A stretch of 51,136 bases of DNA, from the NCBI GenBank assembly GCA_964471535.1, contig CAYYHA010000006.1:1-51136 (forward strand), read 5' to 3'. The position numbers and the translations under genes were made by a program. Shown piece after piece: positions 43,509 to 50,071 of the stretch. The notes beneath the pieces are model-generated. The model did no database searches. It was not told where the DNA came from and was given only the letters and a program-made list of their open reading frames with translations. The DNA comes from an uncultured Myxococcia bacterium (GTDB lineage: Bacteria; Myxococcota; Myxococcia; SLRQ01). Position 1 is the first letter of the stretch; every line of letters begins with the position of its first letter.

Positions 43509-44321
43509 ATGGCTGAGACCACCCTCACTGGAGTTCCCCTCGACCCCGAGGAGGTAAAGGCCAGCGCAGCAAAGCGCCGCGCTGCCGCGTCCGCGCTGCC
43601 GGACAAGGTCCACACCTGGCCGTACCTGGTGCGGGCCGAGTTCATCAGCGGCATCATCCTGATGGCCTTCCTGATGCTCTGGTCCATCATCGTCGATGCA
43701 CCGCTCGAGGAGCCCGCGAACCCCGCGCTGACGCCCAACCCGTCGAAGGCACCGTGGTACTTCCTGGGTCTTCAGGAGCTCTTGGTCTACTTCGACCCGT
43801 GGATTGCCGGGGTGGTGCTCCCCTCACTCATCATCACCGGCCTCATGGTGATCCCCTACGTGGACATCAATCCCAAGGGGAACGGGTACTACACCTTCAA
43901 GGAGCGGCCCTTCGCCATCTCGATCTTCCTCTTTGGGTTCATCGGGCTGTGGATCATCCCCATCGTCCTTGGCGTGTTCTTCCGCGGGCCGGGCTGGAAC
44001 ATCTACATGCCCTGGGAGTACTGGGATCCCCACCGCGTGGTGGAGATGACCAATGTCAACCTCCCGTATCTGCTGGGCGTGCGGAGCTACGAGGGTTCGC
44101 TGATCGTCGGTGGGATCACAGTGCTGGGTTACCTCGGTGCCGCCACGCTGGGGCCCTGGCTCCTCTTCAAGAACAAACCCTTCTTCAAGGAACTCGGCTT
44201 CATCCGCTGGCTGGTCGTCTCCGCGCACCTCGCCATCATGTTCGGCGTGGTCATCAAGATGGTGCTCCGGCTGACGCTGTCGGTGAAGTACATCTGGGTC
44301 ACCCCGTTCTTCAACATCTAG
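43509..44321 (+). CDS. subunit IV-like (cytochrome b C-terminal half) protein with extra C-terminal TM helices
   Basis: EPANPALTPNPSKAPWYFLGLQELL aligns with the PetD segment EPADPFATP...PEWYFFPVFQILR. At 270 aa it is longer than the canonical subunit IV. Confidence 0.85.
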   Translation: MAETTLTGVPLDPEEVKASAAKRRAAASALPDKVHTWPYLVRAEFISGIILMAFLMLWSIIVDAPLEEPANPALTPNPSKAPWYFLGLQELLVYFDPWIAGVVLPSLIITGLMVIPYVDINPKGNGYYTFKERPFAISIFLFGFIGLWIIPIVLGVFFRGPGWNIYMPWEYWDPHRVVEMTNVNLPYLLGVRSYEGSLIVGGITVLGYLGAATLGPWLLFKNKPFFKELGFIRWLVVSAHLAIMFGVVIKMVLRLTLSVKYIWVTPFFNI

Positions 44322-44334
44322 AGGCACCTACGCC

Positions 44335-47181
44335 ATGGCCAAGCCGCTCGAGCTGGAAAGCCGGACGACGCTCTTCTTCGTTACCGCGTCCATCCTCGCC
44401 TTGAGCGCCATCTGGGCGGTCTACGAGGAGACCTATGCCCGCCGGCCGTGGAAGGACTACCAGACCGCCTTCTTCGAGTTGCAGGCACAGCGCGCGGAGC
44501 AAAAGCTCGAGGCCGCGAAAAAGGCCTTTGAGTCGGAGGAGACCCAGAACAAGCTGAAGACCCTCGAGGAAGAGCTGGCCGCTGCGCGCGCGCGCATCGC
44601 CGATCCTGCGGTTCGCGCCCAGTACGAGGACGATCTGCGCCAGGAGCGCAAGCTCAACATCAAACACGACGAGATCCTCCAGGAGATCGCCTTCGCGAAG
44701 AGCAGGCTCGATGCGGCCTACTCACGCTACCAAGAGGCCTTGCATCACGACGAGGAGCGCAAGGCCTTTCTCGAAGAGAAGGAGATGCAGCGCCTCGAGG
44801 AGGAGATCGCCAAGCTCAAGGCGCAGGAACAGAAGATCAAGGCGGACCTCGATGCGGTGACTGCTCGCCTCGATGAGTACCGGGGCGCCGTTGCCAAGAT
44901 CGAAGAGCAAATCGAGGCGCTGAAGAAGCCCGTTGCCGAGGCAGAGCGGGAACTCGAGAAGGTTCGCAAACAGACGCCGGAACTCACGCAGATCTGGCTG
45001 CCCGATCTCGACGTCGTCGATCGCTGCCACAACTGTCACATGGGCATCGACAAGATGGGCTTCTCCGACCCGAAGGAAGTCGTTGCCTATGCAAAGCAGC
45101 TCGAGGAGGACGGCAAGGACCTCGCCGAGGTGACGCGCCGCTACGGCGTCGACGTCAATACCGTCGAGAAGTGGATCGAACTGGTGGACAAGGGCGAGAC
45201 GCCAGACGACGGCGTACCTCGGGTATTCCGGACGCATCCCCATCGCTGGGAGCTTCTTCTCCAGAGCCATCCCAGTGAGCGATTCGGCTGTACGCCGTGC
45301 CATGAAGGGCAAGGTCCTCAGACCAAGGGCGTCGGCAGCCTGCTCGGCGGAAAGCCCTTCGACCACGGTCGCAACGATCACTACTGGATCCGGCCCATGC
45401 TCAAGGGCGACTTCGTGCAAGCCACCTGCCCCGACTGTCACTTCGGGGACACCAACCTCCGCTTCGCCGAGGTGCTGAATCAAGGTCAGAATCTCATGCA
45501 GAAGGTGGCCTGCATCGGATGCCATCCCATGGACGGCTACCCCAACGACCGGAAGGCCGGACCCACGCTGACGCACATCCGCGCCAAGACCACGCCAGGC
45601 TGGCTCGAAACCTGGATCAAATACCCGAAGGCGTGGCGGGAGCACACTTCCATGCCCAACTTTTGGCCCGAGGCGGTCGACGAAGAGCGGCCGAAGTGGG
45701 AGCGGAAGGAGTGGGCGAAGAAGCGTGACGAAGAGGTCCGCGCGATCGTCGCCTACCTGTGGCTCAACTCAGAGGGGTCCGAGGGCTATCTCGAGCCGGC
45801 GCCGCCTCCAGGCAACGTCGAGCGGGGCCGTGCGCTCGTACAGAAGGTCGGGTGCTACGGCTGCCATGCGGTGGAGATGAAGGACGAGATCGTCCCGCAC
45901 CCGGGGAGCGAGAACCGCGCGGTCGGGCCGAAGCTCGCGCGAATCGGCGAGAAGACGAACTACCAGTGGATCTACAACTGGATCCGCAATCCGAGCCGGC
46001 TCTGGCACGACACCAAGATGCCCTCGCTTCGGCTGAGCAAGCAGGAAGCGGCGGATGTCGCGGCTTACCTGAGCACCTTGAGTACCGGCGTCGAGTACGA
46101 AACGCCGCCGCTGTACAACGATCCGCAGGCGCTAAAGGCCGCGGCAGAGAAGGGCAAGAAGCTCATTGGCTATTACGGCTGCTTTGGCTGCCATGACATC
46201 CCCGGCTTCGAGAACGCGCAGCGCATCGGAGCCGATCTCTCGGAGTTCGGCAGGAAGCAGACATCGCTGCTCGATTTCGGCAATGCGATCACCAATCCGA
46301 GGGCACAGACCTGGGAGAACTGGATCGAGCTGAAGCTCAAGAATCCACGCGCCTACCGAACGAAGCGCGTGGAGACGCGCATGCCCGACTTCGATTTCAC
46401 GAACGAAGAGGTGCATGCACTGATGGTCTTCCTGAAGTCGCGCCGCAAGGAGCAGCGTCCCACGGCCTACAATGCGATGAGCAAGGAACGCAACGTGGCC
46501 ATCGCCGAGGGCGAGAAGCTCATCACGCGCTACAACTGCCGCGGCTGCCACAAGATCCGGGGGAAGGGTGGACTCATCGGGAAGCGGTACGAACACGTCT
46601 CGATGGCGCCGCCCGAACTCTTTGCCATCGGTGCCAAGACGAAGCCCGACTGGCTCTATCACTTCCTCCTCGATCCCTCCTCCATGAAGATCCGGCCGTG
46701 GCTGGAAATCCGGATGCCCACCTTCCCATGGCACGAGGGTGAGGTGACGACGCTGGTTCGCTACTTCAACGCGCTCGACAACTCCGAATATCCCTACATG
46801 CGACCCGAGCCCCCACCCGACCCCGAGCTGGTCGCCGTGGGCAAGCAGCTCTTCGAGAACCTGCACTGCAGCCAGTGCCACATGACCAGCAACGTCGTTC
46901 CAGAGAACGCAAATCTTGCGTCACTGGCGCCCAACCTCCGGACCAGCTACTACAAGCTCCGGCGCGAGTGGATTCCAAAGTGGCTCTCCGACCCCAACGC
47001 GTGGCAGAAGGACACTCGGATGCCCTCCTTCTGGCCGGGCGGGTTCAGTCCCTTCCCCGACGTGCTCGGCGGGGATGCCGAAAAGCAGAAGGAAGCGGTC
47101 GCCGCGTATGTACACCAGCTTGGCGCGCCGAAAGCGGAAGTGACCGAGCGCACAGTGCGGCGCACCGCAATGCGACGATGA
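44335..47181 (+). CDS. membrane-anchored octaheme c-type cytochrome with an N-terminal coiled coil
   Basis: TM segment at aa 11-30, Glu/Lys/Ala-rich heptad-like region at aa ~40-215. There are eight CxxCH motifs, at Cys231, 319, 365, 393, 507, 616, 735 and 845. The last five are each followed by a conserved (T/I)xMP.F string, as in class I cytochrome c modules. Confidence 0.9.
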   Translation: MAKPLELESRTTLFFVTASILALSAIWAVYEETYARRPWKDYQTAFFELQAQRAEQKLEAAKKAFESEETQNKLKTLEEELAAARARIADPAVRAQYEDDLRQERKLNIKHDEILQEIAFAKSRLDAAYSRYQEALHHDEERKAFLEEKEMQRLEEEIAKLKAQEQKIKADLDAVTARLDEYRGAVAKIEEQIEALKKPVAEAERELEKVRKQTPELTQIWLPDLDVVDRCHNCHMGIDKMGFSDPKEVVAYAKQLEEDGKDLAEVTRRYGVDVNTVEKWIELVDKGETPDDGVPRVFRTHPHRWELLLQSHPSERFGCTPCHEGQGPQTKGVGSLLGGKPFDHGRNDHYWIRPMLKGDFVQATCPDCHFGDTNLRFAEVLNQGQNLMQKVACIGCHPMDGYPNDRKAGPTLTHIRAKTTPGWLETWIKYPKAWREHTSMPNFWPEAVDEERPKWERKEWAKKRDEEVRAIVAYLWLNSEGSEGYLEPAPPPGNVERGRALVQKVGCYGCHAVEMKDEIVPHPGSENRAVGPKLARIGEKTNYQWIYNWIRNPSRLWHDTKMPSLRLSKQEAADVAAYLSTLSTGVEYETPPLYNDPQALKAAAEKGKKLIGYYGCFGCHDIPGFENAQRIGADLSEFGRKQTSLLDFGNAITNPRAQTWENWIELKLKNPRAYRTKRVETRMPDFDFTNEEVHALMVFLKSRRKEQRPTAYNAMSKERNVAIAEGEKLITRYNCRGCHKIRGKGGLIGKRYEHVSMAPPELFAIGAKTKPDWLYHFLLDPSSMKIRPWLEIRMPTFPWHEGEVTTLVRYFNALDNSEYPYMRPEPPPDPELVAVGKQLFENLHCSQCHMTSNVVPENANLASLAPNLRTSYYKLRREWIPKWLSDPNAWQKDTRMPSFWPGGFSPFPDVLGGDAEKQKEAVAAYVHQLGAPKAEVTERTVRRTAMRR

Positions 47182-47312
47182 TAGCCGCGTCGTGGGGGCC
47201 GCTTTGCTAGCCCCAGCCTCTGCGCTAAGAACATAGGTGTGCCCAGGACCGCTTCGAAGAAGCACGGCGCGCGCCTTCACAGGACCCCCAGCGGGGGAGG
47301 GAGGATCTGTCC

Positions 47313-48128
47313 ATGAACCGTCTCGTCATGAAGCTTGGGATGACTGCCGCAGCGTCGGTGCTCCTAGTCGCCTGCGGTCCCGACCTACGCGCCTTCGAGG
47401 AGGTGGAGGCGCAGTTCCAGCATCCGACTGCCACGGTCAGCGAATCGACGATGCCGCAGATCTTCCAGGCCGAGCTGAAGACCGTGGAAGGGTCTGACAG
47501 CACCGATGCCGCCGCCGCCTTCTCACAGGAGAAGGCCAGCGCGGCGTTGACCGCGCTTCGCGGTCTCCGCTTTGCGACCGACCGGCAGTACCTGACCGAG
47601 GCAGACTGCAACTTCAACTTCAGCTTCGATGGACGGCAGCGGATCAAGAAAATCACGGTGAGCTGCTCGGGCAGCGACGTCAGCGGCACCATTGTCCTCG
47701 AGTACGCCTACGACAACGACGAACTCGTCGCCTGGTACATCCGCTTCGAGAACTGGTGCGAGGTGGACGGGGACTGCGTCGATGGCTGGATGGGCTTCAA
47801 GGTCGACACCGTGCCGGCCGAAGATGGCTTCGAGCAGCAGTGGCTCGCAACCGCGAAGATCAGCAGCGGTGGCGAGAGCATCGAATGGGCGACCCGCTAC
47901 CTGGTCGACCCGAGTACGGACACCGAACGCTTCGAGTGGCTCGCGTATGTGAACGGCGCCGAAACGGTCGTCTTCACCGCAACCGTTCGTGCGGACGAGA
48001 GCGGGAGCTTCAGCCTCCGTGGCGCGAACGGCTGGTTCGAGTGCTCCTGGGATGCCGCCACGGAGTCGGGCTCGTGCGCCGACTCGGAAGGCAACTCCTT
48101 CAGCTGGAACGCCACCGTCGGGGCGTGA
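47313..48128 (+). CDS. lipoprotein, unknown function
   Basis: GGGAGGGAGGA RBS. Signal and lipobox ASVLLVAC. The Asp/Glu/Trp-rich globular part carries 6 Cys. GC looks slightly lower than in the flanking genes. Confidence 0.65.
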   Translation: MNRLVMKLGMTAAASVLLVACGPDLRAFEEVEAQFQHPTATVSESTMPQIFQAELKTVEGSDSTDAAAAFSQEKASAALTALRGLRFATDRQYLTEADCNFNFSFDGRQRIKKITVSCSGSDVSGTIVLEYAYDNDELVAWYIRFENWCEVDGDCVDGWMGFKVDTVPAEDGFEQQWLATAKISSGGESIEWATRYLVDPSTDTERFEWLAYVNGAETVVFTATVRADESGSFSLRGANGWFECSWDAATESGSCADSEGNSFSWNATVGA

Positions 48129-48153
48129 CTTCGCCTCTATCGCGGGGACGCGA

Positions 48154-48642
48154 ATGGCCTACTTCATCACAGAGACCTGCATCGGTTGCACGGCGTGCAC
48201 CAAGCGCTGCCCCACGGGTGCGATCAGCGGGGAGCGGAAGGAGCTCCATACGATCGATCCCGATCTGTGCATCGACTGCGGTGCATGCGGCGTCGTGTGC
48301 CCCGAGGACTGCATCTACGATGGCCATGGGAATCAGACCTTCATGCTCAAGAAGGATCAGAGGCCCATGGCCTTCGTGGACGAGGAGGCGTGCACCGGCT
48401 GTGACAAGTGCACGCCTCGCTGTCCCTTCGATGCGTTGGAGCTGGTGGAGGTTCCCGATCCCGACAAGTTCGCAGGCGTGATGACGGTTGTGGAGAAGAA
48501 CTGCACCGGCTGTCGGGAGTGTGAGAAGGCCTGTCCCTACGATGCCATCTTCGTGTATCGACGGGACCAGGTTCCCGAGTGGCTCTCGGAGTCGAAGATC
48601 GCCAAGCTGCCGGAGATCCCCGCCTGGGCGAACTCGGGCTGA
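48154..48642 (+). CDS. 4Fe-4S ferredoxin with four cluster-binding motifs (two dicluster domains)
   Basis: ATG at 48154. The motifs are CIGCTACTKRCP, CIDCGACGVVCP, CTGCDKCTPRCP and CTGCRECEKACP. Confidence 0.88.
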   Translation: MAYFITETCIGCTACTKRCPTGAISGERKELHTIDPDLCIDCGACGVVCPEDCIYDGHGNQTFMLKKDQRPMAFVDEEACTGCDKCTPRCPFDALELVEVPDPDKFAGVMTVVEKNCTGCRECEKACPYDAIFVYRRDQVPEWLSESKIAKLPEIPAWANSG

Positions 48643-48898
48643 GTGCTCGACGCGGCTCGATAGCGCGCCCGGCGGCGCCCCCGTCGGCCACGACCTGTAA
48701 AGAGGTCTGGCACCGGGCAGACAGCAGCGGTCCAGATGGCCGCCGAAGTTTGGTAGGAGCCCGCAGGACCCTCCGCTCCGGTCTGGCCACTCGGGATCTG
48801 CCCACGTCGGTGGCCGGATCCTCGCCATGCCACGGCCGCCAGAGGAAGCAGCGACCGCCTCCCCTTCACGACGTCGTGCAGGCTCCTGGGCGAGCCTC

Positions 48899-49435
48899 CT
48901 AGGGCATCACGAAGTAGGGATCCTTCTGTTTCACCGCGACGACGGTGCAAGGGGCGCGGCGAACGACCTTCTCCGTCTGCGAGCCGACCAGCTGTCGTTC
49001 GAGCCCATCGCGGCCATGCTGCCCCATGATGATGATGTCTGCGTCGATGTTGCTGGCCATGCGGAGGATCTCTTCCCAGGGCTTGCCGCTGGCCACCCGG
49101 CAGTGGAAGTTCTTCAAGCGCCGCTTGGTCTCCGCGTCCTTGACCAATTTCTCCAGCTCGGCAGTCGCCATCCCCTCCATGCGCTCGAGCTCGGCGTCCA
49201 GCTTATCGGCCAGCTTCTTGCCTACGAAGGAAAGGCGGTTGACCGGCTCGAAGACGTGGAAGAGGTACAGCTCCGAAGGCACCTTCTGTGCATAGTCCAT
49301 CGCGAACTCGAGCGCCTTCACCGAGCACTCCGAGAAGTCGATGGGCACCAGGACCTTCGCCCGCCGCCGGCGGCGACGTTCCGGCTCGCCCGTAGGCCGA
49401 TAGCGGCGCTGCGCGGTCTTCTTCTTCGCCGCCAT
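48899..49435 (-). CDS. universal stress protein (UspA family)
   Basis: VLVPIDFSECSVKALEFA...LYLFHV...IIIMGQHGRDGLERQLVGSQTEKVVRRAPCTVVAV. The ATG at 49435 overlaps the upstream TGA (TGATG); GTG at 49438 is also possible. Confidence 0.85.
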   Translation of the reverse strand: MAAKKKTAQRRYRPTGEPERRRRRRAKVLVPIDFSECSVKALEFAMDYAQKVPSELYLFHVFEPVNRLSFVGKKLADKLDAELERMEGMATAELEKLVKDAETKRRLKNFHCRVASGKPWEEILRMASNIDADIIIMGQHGRDGLERQLVGSQTEKVVRRAPCTVVAVKQKDPYFVMP

Positions 49436-49845
49436 CACACGAACCCCTCGTCGTCCAAGTCGTCGTCTAGCTCATCGTCTAGGTCGTCGTCCAAGTCCTC
49501 GTCCAAGTCGTCGTCGAGCTCGTCGTCGAGGTCGTCGTCGAGCTCATCGTCGAGCGCATCGAGGTCCTCGTCCAGCTCGTCATCGAGATCCTCGTCCAGG
49601 TCGTCGTCGAGCTCCTCTCCGGGCTCCTCCTCCACGGCCTCCGCAGGGTGAGACCCGCCGCGTTTCACCGCGGCCTTGTGCCTCTTTGCCTTCGATGGGC
49701 CACCCAGCGCGGGGTCCTCCCGCTGATCGGCGCCGCACTTGGGGCAGGTCGGCACCGGCCGGTGCAAGTCATAGAACTTCGTGCCACATTCGAAGCACTC
49801 GTATCGAACCCCAAGGTCCTTACGCGGGCCTTCGATCCTCGCCAT
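49435..49845 (-). CDS. FYDLN_acid-type (TIGR02300-like) zinc-ribbon protein with a long periodic acidic tail
   Basis: The N-terminal CFECGTKFYDLHRPVPTCPKCG (CxxC...CxxC with an FYDLx core) is followed by about 65 aa of Asp/Glu/Leu repeats. Confidence 0.8.
   Translation of the reverse strand: MARIEGPRKDLGVRYECFECGTKFYDLHRPVPTCPKCGADQREDPALGGPSKAKRHKAAVKRGGSHPAEAVEEEPGEELDDDLDEDLDDELDEDLDALDDELDDDLDDELDDDLDEDLDDDLDDELDDDLDDEGFV
49441..49625 (-). repeat. imperfect tandem 9/12-nt coding repeats (GTCGTC/GAGCTC units) that encode the acidic tail
   Basis: The plus strand reads ...gtcgtcgtcgagctcgtcgtcgaggtcgtcgtcgagctcatcgtcgag.... This translates on the minus strand to LDDELDDDLDDELDDDLDEDLDDDLDDELDDDLDDE. 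Confidence 0.7.
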
Positions 49846-49960
49846 GACCGTGTCCTAGCTGTGAAAAGATGCGGAAAACCGTCGAGTTGGCCGCGTTGGT
49901 AGGTCAAAGCGCGCCCGCAGTCAAGCATTCCACCGGCGTGCCGATGGGCAGTGCAACGTA

Positions 49961-49990
49961 TTGAATCTGCTTGAGTTTGAAGGGTATCGT
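49961..49990 (+). promoter_or_regulatory. candidate promoter for the MshEN-receiver gene
   Basis: TTGAAT (49961-49966), an 18-nt spacer, then TATCGT (49985-49990), in a locally AT-richer divergent intergenic region. Confidence 0.3.
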
Positions 49991-50071
49991 ACCCGTCGTC
50001 GAGGACGGTGCGGGTGGCCGTGGGCCTGCGTGCTGGCTGGGTCGGAGCACGTCGCAGGAAGGAACGGTACG

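Noticed and set aside
49441-49625. A short tandem DNA repeat block that could be mistaken for a CRISPR or VNTR locus.
   Set aside because: The repeat units are 9-12 nt with no unique spacers of CRISPR size. The block lies fully inside an ORF, where it encodes the acidic tail of the FYDLN_acid protein.
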